Origin: Candidatus Aegiribacteria sp.
GTDB lineage: Bacteria > Fermentibacterota > Fermentibacteria > Fermentibacterales > JCC-6
Assembly: GCA_030620995.1 (NCBI GenBank)
Contig: JAUXIK010000004.1
Span: 18,447-82,446 of the forward strand
Direction of reading: 5' to 3'
Length of the DNA stretch: 64,000 nt
Position numbers and translations under genes: made by a program. Positions 10,806-20,820 of the stretch are shown here, piece after piece; position 1 is the stretch's first letter; each line of letters begins with the position of its first letter. The notes beneath the pieces are model-generated. The model saw only the letters and a list, made by a program, of their open reading frames with translations. It was not told the DNA's origin and made no database searches.

Positions 10806-12405
10806 TTGAAACTTTATAGAATCTGCTTAACAGCTTCAGTATTATTACTGCTTTTTCTCACTTCGTGTTTCGGCTCTTCGGTAGATAATTCAACCTGGAT
10901 TCTGATTGTCAGAGATGACTCCGTATCCGTTGGACAGCTTGGTGAATCATGGCTTGGAATGGATAGCCTTCAGAGGGAATCTTTCCTGTCAAAGGACAAT
11001 ACTATTGGTGAATTCATTGTCGCATACGGGAGAAGAGTCATCCTTGAGAAGGAGCTGGAAGCAGAGGGATATTTGACTGATCCTCTTTTTCTGTCTTACA
11101 GAAATTCATGGTTGATGGTCGAAACCGCCACGGCCGCAAAGAAATTGCTGGTTGAGCGGGAGGCTGCTGAAGTTACCGAATCCGATATACAGTTCTACGG
11201 TGAACACCTGGGCAGAAACGTGGTGTATACAGTCTATCCCGGTTCTGAAAATGAATTCAGTATCGGTCCGGTACATCTCCCGAATCTGCGACGTGAACTT
11301 GCCCTGCATCTTGATACATTATCATTCAATGAAATCGGAACTGACGGATCGGGTCTTCTAGTAAGGCTCGATACTCTGATGATGGTCGATTCTATCCTGA
11401 TCAAGAATGCTCTTTCTGATCCAGCCACAGTCAGTGATATGGCGATAAGAGATCTTTCTAATGCAAGATTCAATCGATGGGCACAGGATGTCAGTTACCG
11501 AATCTACACTGATTACTCGGTTACCTTTGATTCAGTTAAAGTTAAAGATTTCACTCAGCACCTTATCGGTAATAATCCTGATATGTCTGATAGCGTTGTT
11601 ATCGTTGAATCGGATTTCGGAACCTGGACAGTGAAATATCTTGAAGATGAGATTCTTTATCTTAGTACTCGTATTGATGTTCAGCCTGGATCTTCAGTCT
11701 GGATTGAAGATATGATTCAGGTCCTGCTGATGCAGTGCTATTTCTATGAGTTCATGCAGGAGGAATCTCCCGGAATACTTGACTCGCTGCGAGATGAATC
11801 CGAAACCTACCTGCTTAGTTTCGCCTCCGAAGAGTACTACAATGACATGATAGGCTCAATTGTAACCGTAACTGAATCAGACATCATATACGAATATGAG
11901 ACTCTTGAAGAACCTTTTATGATTGAGGAGAAGCGTGTACTTCAAGCAGCCTATATTCCAGTTGAGAGGACTGATGATTTCCGGCAGGCTGTATATGAAG
12001 AAAAACTGGAAGAATTTATCTCAGAGCTTGACGGTTTCGGATACCTGGCGGCAGATTCAACTCAAATCCAAATAACTCGACCTCTCAGATTTGGTGAAGT
12101 TCCAGGAGGCCACGGAGAAGAAGTTTTCTTACTCGATCCGTCCGATACGACAAGCTGGCTGGGGCCGGTCAGTGTATTCGCAGATGATGGGTCTGCTCTG
12201 CTCAGGCTTATAGAAGTAGTGCCTTCAAGGGTTGCGAGAATTGATGAAGTCAGGCGAAGTCTGAAGAACATGGCCATGACCAGACTTCAGGAGCAGGCCA
12301 CTGTTGAATTGATTCAGGAACTTGAAGAGAAGTACATTCTTATCATCAATGAAGAGATCCTTGACAAATTGCCTTCGGATCCGGGAATGTGGGCAACTCT
12401 ATAGG
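10806..12405 (+). CDS. Hypothetical lipoprotein (about 533 aa)
   Basis: The probable start is TTG at about 10806 after an AAAGGAAAA RBS, reading (M)KLYRICLTASVLLLLFLTSC with a lipobox. The longer start on the track overlaps the mutase gene. The stop TAG abuts the RAYT left inverted repeat. Confidence 0.5.
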
Positions 12406-13357
12406 GGTCAAACCTTGTATTTTAACATTATGGCTTATTAATATATTATTGCTAGCTATAATATTGTTCGTTCTTTATAATACGAGATACAGTTGCGAAG
12501 TGAAGTCCCAGGAAATCAGCTATCTCCTTCTGGCTGTATCCATACTCAATATATGCCTTGTATATAGCTTTGTCTCTTGCTTCCTTTACAGATCTAACAC
12601 CCAGGTCAAGCAGTTTCTCAATTGAAGGTCTGTCCGCATATCGTTGCCGTTTCAAAAACTCAGATTCATTTTTCGAATCAATCATTATGTCTCTCAGAGA
12701 CTCAACAAATTCGTCTTTACCGAGTATCAATCCACCCCTGGTATCTTCAAGCGGAGAATCACTTGATATTCCATCAAGTACAAACTTCCTGAAATTGCGT
12801 TTGGCCGTTTCCGAAGAACTTCCAAAATGTTCCTGTAGGAAATCGGTCTTAATGAATGGCATGCTTTCGTCAATTCCGACCATCTGCCTGTAACTGCTCC
12901 AAGAATATTCTTCTGGTTTCTCAACAATTCCTGCCCTTACAGGATTAAGTACAATGTACCTGCATAGTTCCAGGAAGTAGTTCTCGCGGTCAACAACAAT
13001 TGCATTATATCTTCCCTGAAAAACATGTCCGACAAGATCATGATGCTTATTGAAGTACTGTGCGTAGATACCGTTGAGGTTTTGCATTCCCATCGACAGA
13101 TTCGTCTCGGGAGTTTCAATAAAAAGATGATAGTGAGTATTCATGAGGCAGAGGTCATAACAATTCCATCCGAACCGATTCAGTATTTTCTGAAATATTT
13201 CAGAAAACTTATGTCTGTCCTCTTCATCAAGATAAATAGGCTGGCAATCGTTACCTCGGGCATAGATGTGGTAGAGCGCTCCTGGGAATTTAATACGTAA
13301 AGGTCTCATAATATATATATTATAATGTCATAATGTTAAAATACAAGGTTTGACCCC
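12405..13357. mobile_element. REP-RAYT unit: a tyrosine-transposase gene bracketed by perfect 29-bp inverted repeats, GGGGTCAAACCTTGTATTTTAACATTATG at 12405-12433 and its exact reverse complement at 13329-13357
   Basis: Inverted repeats read directly from the sequence; the ends abut the stop codons of the two convergent flanking genes. Confidence 0.75.
12452..13309 (-). CDS. rayT: REP-associated tyrosine transposase (IS200/IS605-like Y1 transposase) with a C-terminal helix-turn-helix extension
   Basis: HxH motif (NTHYHLFIET), a downstream conserved Tyr region (YSWSSY), and a C-terminal DnaA-domain-IV-like HTH (YSQKEIADFLGLHFATVSRI). Confidence 0.8.
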   Translation of the reverse strand: MRPLRIKFPGALYHIYARGNDCQPIYLDEEDRHKFSEIFQKILNRFGWNCYDLCLMNTHYHLFIETPETNLSMGMQNLNGIYAQYFNKHHDLVGHVFQGRYNAIVVDRENYFLELCRYIVLNPVRAGIVEKPEEYSWSSYRQMVGIDESMPFIKTDFLQEHFGSSSETAKRNFRKFVLDGISSDSPLEDTRGGLILGKDEFVESLRDIMIDSKNESEFLKRQRYADRPSIEKLLDLGVRSVKEARDKAIYKAYIEYGYSQKEIADFLGLHFATVSRIIKNEQYYS

Positions 13358-13986
13358 TACTGGGGGAAGAATTTGTAGAGATCAAGGTTTCTGATGGCAA
13401 AATTCAATGCCGGATACAGGATTTTTGAAAGGGCTCCAAACCAGAGGAGGCCGAATATGATAAAAATCCCGAAGCGCTCAAGCTTTCTATAACTGTACAG
13501 AGCCTGTCCATGAAGAAATCTCGCTACAATTCTGCTGCCATCAAGGGGTGGAATCGGCAGCAGGTTAAAAACCATAAGAACAATATTCATCAGAGCGGCA
13601 AAGGCCAGGCTATGCATGAGTATGGCCGGCATTATACCGGATGCGAGATGAAGCAGAACTGTTAGCACAAGGGCAATAGCAAGGTTGGTAGCAGGACCTG
13701 CGATAGCAACCCACATCATTCCCTGTTTTGGATCTCGAAAATGCCTGGGGTCAACCGGAACCGGTTTTGCCCATGCGAGCAATATCGGACTGTTGGTTAT
13801 CAACAACATCGCCGGAAGAAGAATGGTTCCAATGGGGTCTATGTGGGGAATTGGATTAAATGTAAGTCTGCCCATTCTATATGCTGTGGGATCGCCAAGC
13901 TTCAGGGCAACATATCCATGAGCTATTTCGTGGCATACGACACTGAAGAAGACAAGGATAATTACGAATGGAGTCTCAATACCCAT
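13357..13986 (-). CDS. Site-2 protease family (M50) membrane metalloprotease
   Basis: HEIAHG (HExxH) inside a TM helix, a downstream LDG motif, and a polytopic membrane profile. Confidence 0.8.
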   Translation of the reverse strand: MGIETPFVIILVFFSVVCHEIAHGYVALKLGDPTAYRMGRLTFNPIPHIDPIGTILLPAMLLITNSPILLAWAKPVPVDPRHFRDPKQGMMWVAIAGPATNLAIALVLTVLLHLASGIMPAILMHSLAFAALMNIVLMVFNLLPIPPLDGSRIVARFLHGQALYSYRKLERFGIFIIFGLLWFGALSKILYPALNFAIRNLDLYKFFPQ

Positions 13987-14675
13987 TACCTTCTCCTGCC
14001 GGCAAGAAGCAGCCAGATCATCTGTCCCAGAGAAGCAAGCGCAGCGGCAACATAGGTCATGGCGGCGGCACCAAGGACTTTCCTGACACCCTGCAGTTCA
14101 CCCGCAGTCATACTGCCGCTTTTCTCAAGGTAAACGACTGCTCTTCTGCTTGCATCGAACTCAACGGGAAGAGTAACCAGCTGAAACAGCAGCGCTGCAC
14201 CGTACAGAGCAGCGCCAACGTAATAAAGTGCGGTCATATGAAAGAACAGACCGCCGATTATCAATGGAAACAGCATCTGGGATCCAAGATTGGCGACAGG
14301 AACCAGCTTCTGTCTGATCTGGAACGGACCGTAGCCCATCGCGTCCTGAACAGCGTGACCGGCTTCATGCGCGGCAACTCCAACGGAAGCAATTGATGTC
14401 CCCTCGTAAACATTCTGAGAGAGTCTAAGGGTACTGCTGCGGGAATCGTAGTGATCCGTAAGATGCCCTGATATTTCTTCAATACCAATATTGGCCAGGC
14501 CGTAGTTATCAAGTATCTGTCTCGCGACGAAAGCCCCGGAAAGCCCTCTGCCGGTGGCAACCTGACTGAACCTTCTGTATGTGCCGTTTACCTTTGACCT
14601 GGCTATCATGCCTATGATCATAGCGGCAATGATGATCAGAAATCCTGCATTCATGTCTACGAATCCTAGATACAT
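13986..14675 (-). CDS. Membrane zinc metallopeptidase (Zn_peptidase_2 / YpfJ-like)
   Basis: HEAGHAVQD motif and flanking TM segments. Confidence 0.7.
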   Translation of the reverse strand: MYLGFVDMNAGFLIIIAAMIIGMIARSKVNGTYRRFSQVATGRGLSGAFVARQILDNYGLANIGIEEISGHLTDHYDSRSSTLRLSQNVYEGTSIASVGVAAHEAGHAVQDAMGYGPFQIRQKLVPVANLGSQMLFPLIIGGLFFHMTALYYVGAALYGAALLFQLVTLPVEFDASRRAVVYLEKSGSMTAGELQGVRKVLGAAAMTYVAAALASLGQMIWLLLAGRRR

Positions 14676-14778
14676 TTACCGTCCCCTGTTCTATCTTTGC
14701 GCGGATGCTCACCCGGAGAGTGCATGTCCGTAGTAAGCCTGTTTGTTTTAATGAATATAAGCAAGATTCTCCAGATGC

Positions 14779-14839
14779 GGGGACACGCAGCAGAGCGTCA
14801 TGTTCTTTGGGGACACGCACCAGAGCCTGCATGTCCCGC
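14779..14839. repeat. REP family 2 doublet (GGGGACACGCAGCAGAGCGTCATGTTCTTT + GGGGACACGCACCAGAGCCTGCATGTCCCGC)
   Basis: Near-identical doublets at 34865-34924 and, inverted, at 46931-46990. Each unit is an imperfect palindrome GGGGACAyGCA...TGCrTGTCCCC. Confidence 0.6.
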
Positions 14840-15565
14840 TGTTCTTTTATTGAGAAGCAGTTCAAGGTGTCTGAAAATTTTGCCTCTGGTAATTTCATTC
14901 TCAAAATCAGCGGGATGAATCGCAAACCTGACAGTCCGCATTCCGCCAAGGACAACTCTGGATGACGTAACCCAGAGATCAGCCATACATCTTTTCAGGC
15001 TACTGCCTCCCGCATAATTCACGACCGGTACTCTAAGATATGTCTGACCGGTCATCGGGTTCCATGTTCTCCATCTGCTTTCGGCATATGTAAATCCGGT
15101 TTCCGAAAGGGCTTTAAGTGTTCCCGTGCTGTATAACCATGCCGGCGCAGTAAAACCTGTTATATCAATTTCCAGAATTCGCTCAAGCTCGTCTTTCCCC
15201 TTTTTCAGCAATTCAGCAGCAGCCTGACGGTCAAGTCCCAGGAATTCTCCCTCTCCTCTTGTAAAGAACGCCGATCTTACTCGATCAACTGCTCCGTGAC
15301 TGCCGATACTGTCATAGTGATGGTATCCATGGAGAATCATCTCTGTTCCCTCAGCAGACAGGTCTCTGAGCCATTCACAGAATCCGGGGGAATCCTCAAG
15401 CGGCCATTTTCCCCAGAAGTCGGGAACTACCAGCATGCTGTACCGTGCCGCTCCCAGCTCAACCAGCGCATCGTGAATCCGCATGATGGTTTTTTCATAC
15501 CTGGGAGACACATCGTGCAGGGTAACATGAACCCATTTCTTTTCAGCCATCATTCCTCCCACCAT
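14798..15565 (-). CDS. DUF2334-type polysaccharide deacetylase-like protein
   Basis: N-terminal WVHVTLHDVSP motif typical of DUF2334. The C-terminal about 12 codons are encoded by the REP doublet. Confidence 0.6.
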   Translation of the reverse strand: MVGGMMAEKKWVHVTLHDVSPRYEKTIMRIHDALVELGAARYSMLVVPDFWGKWPLEDSPGFCEWLRDLSAEGTEMILHGYHHYDSIGSHGAVDRVRSAFFTRGEGEFLGLDRQAAAELLKKGKDELERILEIDITGFTAPAWLYSTGTLKALSETGFTYAESRWRTWNPMTGQTYLRVPVVNYAGGSSLKRCMADLWVTSSRVVLGGMRTVRFAIHPADFENEITRGKIFRHLELLLNKRTAGHAGSGACPQRT

Positions 15566-16755
15566 TTATCAGGGGGGATCAGGCTGTCCGGATCTCCATC
15601 TCTGAAAGCACTGATGATTCTCTCGTAGAAAACCTCTATCCTTCGGAACACGGAATCCCAGTCATGTCCGTCAAGAGCAAATCGTCTAAGGTAATCCGTT
15701 GTCTCTGAATCGGACATTGCCGCAGCGGATACGATAGCATTTGCGAGGCTTTCCGGACTGTTTGACCGGTAAGGAGGTACAAATCCCAGAGACGATGCCA
15801 TATCACCCGACGCGCCTGAATCGGGAAGAACCGGTGTTGTGCCGCATGCAATTGCCTCAAGACCTGCCAGACCGAACGTCTCTGATTGACCGAGTGACAG
15901 ATATACATCCGCTGAAGCCATTGCCTCAGCCACGGCTTCACGGTCTGGAAGGTACGGCAGACGACGCACTTCAGGATACTGCTTGATGAATTCCACCAGC
16001 CTGCCTTCAGCAGGGCCATGTCCTCCAATGACAAGTTTTATTGAAGCAGGATCTCTGAACAGTGGATATGCTTTCATCAGAAGATCAAGACCTTTTTCCC
16101 GGTGCAGCCTTGCGAGGTAAAGCACAAGTTTACTTCCGCTGTAAACTCCTAGAGCCCGCCGAAAATCATCAGAGCGTCTGGAGGGAGAGAACTGGTCTGT
16201 ACTAACGCCAAGAGGAGTAAGAAAGAGTCTCTTCACTCCTGAATCGTAAAGCTTCTGAAGTGTATACCTGCTGGCGGCAAAAACAGCTGTCATGCCGCCG
16301 TATGTTCTCCTGACATGGCTCCGGGCCAGCCTGGTCAGCGGCCCCGCGAGTCCGGGAAAATATTTACTCGCAAAAGGCTTAACGTAACTGTCAGGATAAT
16401 CCGAGTGGTAAAACCCTACGGTAGGGACAAAAGAGTTACCAAGGGCTTTCCTTGTATGAATCGGAAGCAGATAGGGGCTTCCGACCTCGACCAGATCAGG
16501 TTTGAAATCCCCGAAGGCAGAGGTCAGTCCCCCGCTGTCAACAATCAGGCGGTATCCTGAATTCAAAAGAGGAAGGGATTTCACTCTGTATACACTGGTA
16601 TTTCCATCTACAGTGCAATCAGTGTTTCTGCCGGGAATCACAAGAGCAATTGAGTGTTCGGGGCGGCCGGCGAAATACTCCAGCTTCCTGTCGTGGTAAA
16701 TCCTTATACCGCCGCCGGTTTCTGAATATAAACTGTTTGTATCGCAGATTCGCAC
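15550..16755 (-). CDS. Glycosyltransferase family 4 (GT-B, group 1)
   Basis: GT4 C-terminal domain motifs and the E...E region (SETFGLAGLEAIACGTPV). Confidence 0.8.
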   Translation of the reverse strand: MRICDTNSLYSETGGGIRIYHDRKLEYFAGRPEHSIALVIPGRNTDCTVDGNTSVYRVKSLPLLNSGYRLIVDSGGLTSAFGDFKPDLVEVGSPYLLPIHTRKALGNSFVPTVGFYHSDYPDSYVKPFASKYFPGLAGPLTRLARSHVRRTYGGMTAVFAASRYTLQKLYDSGVKRLFLTPLGVSTDQFSPSRRSDDFRRALGVYSGSKLVLYLARLHREKGLDLLMKAYPLFRDPASIKLVIGGHGPAEGRLVEFIKQYPEVRRLPYLPDREAVAEAMASADVYLSLGQSETFGLAGLEAIACGTTPVLPDSGASGDMASSLGFVPPYRSNSPESLANAIVSAAAMSDSETTDYLRRFALDGHDWDSVFRRIEVFYERIISAFRDGDPDSLIPPDKWWEE

Positions 16756-16774
16756 AGATAACCTTATTTACATC

Positions 16775-18793
16775 TCAGCGGATGCTGTCACCCGGCATGG
16801 AATCGCTTCCCGGTTCAAGCAGGAATACCTTCCCATCGCCGTCAGATGCCAGAACCATCCCGTTACTTTTTACACCCCTGATCGAAACAGGCTGCAGATT
16901 GACCAGAACTATGACTTTTCTGTTGAGAAGTTCCTCTTTCGAATAGTATGGTTTCATTCCTGCAACAAGCTGGCGGGTGTGATCACCCATATCTGCGATC
17001 AGCCTGTATAGTTTGTCAGCTCCTTCAATATCGTGAACTTCCGTTACCAGCCCGACTCTCATATCGAGCTTCGTGAATTCATCGTAAGTTATGCTTTCCT
17101 TGATCGAGATTCCCTGGGAGTTACTGTCATCGATCCCGCCGTCAGTTTCCCCTTTTACCATTACTTTCTCGAATCCTTTCTTCAGTTTGCTCAAAAGAAT
17201 CTCAGGAGTCCCGAGCTGATGCCCGGCCGGAAGATTTTCCCTGCCTGCGTCTTTCCAGAGCAAAGAGGTGTTTCCAAGCATTTCACCCGTTTTTTCAGAG
17301 GTGAAAGGTATGAACGGAGCAAGGAGAATCCTGAGTGAATCCGCAATCTGAAGACTGTAATAGATGGATGCAGCACACGCTTGAGGATCGCTTTTCGCTG
17401 TCTTCCAGGGTTGAGCCTGGTCAAAATACCTGTTTCCCTCGCGTGCTAGATCCATGATCCTGGAACATGCCGCCTTCAACTGGAAATTCCTTAGCAGTTT
17501 TTCCGTCTCATCCCGTGTTCTGACAGCTGATGCCATAAGTTCCTCTTCAACACTTCCTGCCCGGGCAGGTTCCGGTACTTTTCCATCGAAATACAGGTGA
17601 GCAAACTTTATTGTCCTGTTTATGAAATTTCCGAAAACATCGGCAAGTTCGTTGTTCTTGGATCTGAACTCACCCCAGGTAAAATCAGCATCCCGGTTTT
17701 CAGGAGCATTAATCGCCAGCGTGTATCTGAGTGGATCGGGAGGCAGGTTATCAAGGTAATCTTTCGTCCAGAGTGCCGTTCCCCGGCTTGTGGAGAATTT
17801 TTCCCCCTTGATGTTCAGATACTCATTAGCGGGAATATTCCAGGGAAGGACGAAATCTCCCAGACCATGAAGAACCGAAGGCTCGATGATAGCATGGAAA
17901 ACGATATTGTCCTTGCCTATGAACTGAACAAGGCGGCAATCAGGATTCTGCCAGTAATCTTTCCATCCGTCCGGATTCCCCTTCAAAGCGAAGTACTCCA
18001 TAGTGCTGCTGACATAACCCAGAAGGGCCTCGAACCAGACGTAGAGCACCTTTCCCTTAACACCTTCAAGAGGAACAGGCACACCCCAGTCAAGATCACG
18101 GGTTATAGCTCTTTCCCGGAGGCCTTTCTTGAGCCATCCGAGACAGTAGTTCTGCACATTGTTCTTCCAATCCCCGTGATTCCCAAGCCAGGTTTCCAGC
18201 CAGCCCTGGAACTGATCCAGTCTGAGGAACCATTGTCTTGTTTCTCTTGGCACAGGTGTGGCTCCGCATATGGCGCACACAGGGTCCACCAGATCCAGAG
18301 CATCAAGCCATGTGCCGCAGTCATCACACTGATCTCCTCGAGCCTTCATGGAATCGCACTCGGGACAGGTGCCGTTTACGTATCTGTCAGGAAGAAAGCG
18401 TTTGCAGCTCTCACAGTAGAACTGCTCCATGGGTTTTTCAGTGATGTACCCTTTTTCGAGAAGATCCAGAAATACCCCCTGTGTGAAGCGGTAATGTTCA
18501 GGCGTCTCCGTTCTCGAAAAATTGTCAAAGGATATTCCCAATCTATCAAAATCACTTTTGATCTCTTTGTAAAATATGTCAACCACTTCTCTGGGAGTTA
18601 TACCCATCTGTTCAGCTTTCAACGTTATCGGAACCCCGTGCTCGTCAGTGCCGCAAATGAAGATAACGTCCTCTTCACACATTCTCAGAAAACGAACATA
18701 GATATCCGCCGGTAGATATGCTCCGGCAATCTGACCAAGGTGAGTGGGGCCATTTGCATAGGGCAATGCGCTTGTTACGAGATATCGGGGCAT
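16775..18793 (-). CDS. metG: Methionine--tRNA ligase with a C-terminal EMAP-like tRNA-binding domain
   Basis: PYANGPTHLGQ (HIGH region), a KFSTSRG (KMSKS-like) motif and Zn-knuckle cysteines. The likely start is MPRYLVTS (rc ATG 18791-18793). Confidence 0.9.
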   Translation of the reverse strand: MPRYLVTSALPYANGPTHLGQIAGAYLPADIYVRFLRMCEEDVIFICGTDEHGVPITLKAEQMGITPREVVDIFYKEIKSDFDRLGISFDNFSRTETPEHYRFTQGVFLDLLEKGYITEKPMEQFYCESCKRFLPDRYVNGTCPECDSMKARGDQCDDCGTWLDALDLVDPVCAICGATPVPRETRQWFLRLDQFQGWLETWLGNHGDWKNNVQNYCLGWLKKGLRERAITRDLDWGVPVPLEGVKGKVLYVWFEALLGYVSSTMEYFALKGNPDGWKDYWQNPDCRLVQFIGKDNIVFHAIIEPSVLHGLGDFVLPWNIPANEYLNIKGEKFSTSRGTALWTKDYLDNLPPDPLRYTLAINAPENRDADFTWGEFRSKNNELADVFGNFINRTIKFAHLYFDGKVPEPARAGSVEEELMASAVRTRDETEKLLRNFQLKAACSRIMDLAREGNRYFDQAQPWKTAKSDPQACAASIYYSLQIADSLRILLAPFIPFTSEKTGEMLGNTSLLWKDAGRENLPAGHQLGTPEILLSKLKKGFEKVMVKGETDGGIDDSNSQGISIKESITYDEFTKLDMRVGLVTEVHDIEGADKLYRLIADMGDHTRQLVAGMKPYYSKEELLNRKVIVLVNLQPVSIRGVKSNGMVLASDGDGKVFLLEPGSDSMPGDSIR

Positions 18794-18806
18794 TTCTTCT
18801 CCATTT

Positions 18807-19733
18807 TCAAGGGGTTTCAGTCCCGCCCGGTGTATCGGAAGATTGCTTTTTAGAATCATACTCTTTTTTAAGAGGTTTTCTTTTTCTGTGGAACTTCTCT
18901 ATGTCCATTGTTCTCTCTTCATCGTCATCCATTAGAAGTGTTACTGTTTCAGTAAATATGTCAACTGAAGTAACCTCCCCTGTTCTTTTTCCTATTCTGG
19001 CTTTTGAACCGACCTGAGGGTACAGTTTTCTTGCTTTTCGGTAGAAATCCGACTCAAAATGCAGGCAGCACTTCAGACGGCCGCAGACTCCGGAAACCTT
19101 TGAGGGATTGGGAGTCAGGTCCTGTTCACGAACATCCCTCAGGGTAATGGATCTGAATTGTGAAAGGTAGGATGCACAGCAGAGTCTCTGGCCGCAGACT
19201 CCCAGACCGTCTTTCTGCCTTGCGTCGTCTCTTACCCCGATCTGCCGCATTTCGATCCTTGCGTGAAATTTGCTTGCAAGATCACGAACTAGTCCACGGA
19301 AATCCATCCGCTCATCAGCGGTGAAATATATCCTGATTTTCCGTCTATCCAGTTGAGCCTCGCAGCTTGAAAGCCGCATATCCTGTTTCCTCACCGAAAT
19401 TCTTTCCCTGCAGAACCTCAGTACTTTATTCTCGAAATCCCTGTTCTGCTCATAATTCGCGATATCGGTAAAGGTAGCCTTTCTAATAAACTTACCTGTA
19501 ATTGAAGCAACAGGATCCCTGGGATTGTACTTTGCAACAACTCGTCCGAGATCTTCTCCCCTGTCAACGGAAACAACTACCATTTCTCCTATCTCAACAG
19601 GAACTTCAGCCAGATTAATGAATGTATCCAGCCGTTTGGAACTGAATTGAAGCCTCAGAAGTTCGGTCGCTTCAAATCTGATTGATTCAAAATCATCAGT
19701 GTGATTATCGTTGTTGTTGCCATTATTGCTCAA
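18807..19733 (-). CDS. ricT: PSP1 C-terminal domain protein (RicT/YaaT family)
   Basis: PSP1 domain similarity plus the conserved holB-yaaT-metG gene order. Confidence 0.75.
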   Translation of the reverse strand: MSNNGNNNDNHTDDFESIRFEATELLRLQFSSKRLDTFINLAEVPVEIGEMVVVSVDRGEDLGRVVAKYNPRDPVASITGKFIRKATFTDIANYEQNRDFENKVLRFCRERISVRKQDMRLSSCEAQLDRRKIRIYFTADERMDFRGLVRDLASKFHARIEMRQIGVRDDARQKDGLGVCGQRLCCASYLSQFRSITLRDVREQDLTPNPSKVSGVCGRLKCCLHFESDFYRKARKLYPQVGSKARIGKRTGEVTSVDIFTETVTLLMDDDEERTMDIEKFHRKRKPLKKEYDSKKQSSDTPGGTETP

Positions 19734-20817
19734 GATACCGGGTCCTTTCCCGTTGCTTTAATATTTTCCATGCACCCAGGAATGCGGCTGCAAGTACTAT
19801 TCGGGGTATTCCATTTCCTCGAAGCCTGGTTTCAGCGGTCTGAAATACCGGGAGCAGCCTCTCAGCTTCATCATCATTCATATCGACCCCGCTGAAATAC
19901 TTATCAGTATGGGTAAGAGGTTTCATTTCCATGGATCTGCGTCTGAGATCAAGAAGTATAGACTGCATTTCTATCGTGAATTCCAAAGCCCCCTCCTTGC
20001 CAAGCTTCTGTGAAACCTCCACAGCTATCGAAATTACCGGTGAAGCCATGGTTTTGTCAACTATTTGACCCAGAATCTTCAGTGGATCGTAATTCGCGGT
20101 GAGGGATATGGTTTTACCTTCACGATTGAGGGCAACTCCAGGTCTTCCATCTGAAGCTACTGCTGTCTCTGCTGCCGTCTCTCTATTCATTCCTTTCCTG
20201 TCCATCAGGATATCCACTATCAGATTTTCACTCAGCCTTCTGAATCTTATGAGATGAGCCCGGGATCTGATTGTTGGAAGAAGGGCAGACCAGGCGGAAC
20301 TTATCAGGATAATAACTGTGTCATCAGGTGGTTCCTCAAGCGTCTTAAGAAGCGCATTAGCAGCTTCGACTCCCATTCTGTCCGAGTCGACAATGATTTC
20401 AATATGGCCTTTATTTTCGAAGGATTTGCGGGACAGTCTTCTTCTCATTTCACGTATCTGAGCAATTTTGATCCTGCTGTTTCCGGGGATCTGAAGCGGA
20501 CTGATTCCATCATCTGCCCTTGCCTTAAAAAGGGATGCTATGTCCTCCGGTTCTGTTTTCTCCAATTGCGGAATCGTTAATCTCACATCCGGATGCTGGA
20601 ATCTGAATACTCTCTTGCAGTCATTACATGTCCCGCAGTAACCTGAATCCGAAACAGAACACATCCATACAGCAGCAAGTTCAAGAGCCGCTGTAAGTTT
20701 TCCCACTCCCATGGGTCCGGCGAAAAGATAGGCATGAGCAAGCCTGTCTTTCATCATTGACCTTCCAAGAAGCTCAGAGGCCTGTTCCTGTCCCTTAACT
20801 ATTTGAAAAATGCTCAT
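19723..20817 (-). CDS. holB: DNA polymerase III subunit delta-prime
   Basis: AAA+ clamp-loader motifs (GPMGVGK Walker A, SRAH sensor region) and the zinc module CxxC (CGTCNDCKR). Confidence 0.8.
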   Translation of the reverse strand: MSIFQIVKGQEQASELLGRSMMKDRLAHAYLFAGPMGVGKLTAALELAAVWMCSVSDSGYCGTCNDCKRVFRFQHPDVRLTIPQLEKTEPEDIASLFKARADDGISPLQIPGNSRIKIAQIREMRRRLSRKSFENKGHIEIIVDSDRMGVEAANALLKTLEEPPDDTVIILISSAWSALLPTIRSRAHLIRFRRLSENLIVDILMDRKGMNRETAAETAVASDGRPGVALNREGKTISLTANYDPLKILGQIVDKTMASPVISIAVEVSQKLGKEGALEFTIEMQSILLDLRRRSMEMKPLTHTDKYFSGVDMNDDEAERLLPVFQTAETRLRGNGIPRIVLAAAFLGAWKILKQRERTRYLEQ

Positions 20818-20820
20818 TTT

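Noticed and set aside
17597-18715. 372-aa plus-strand ORF
   Set aside because: It is entirely antisense to metG, which is unambiguous.
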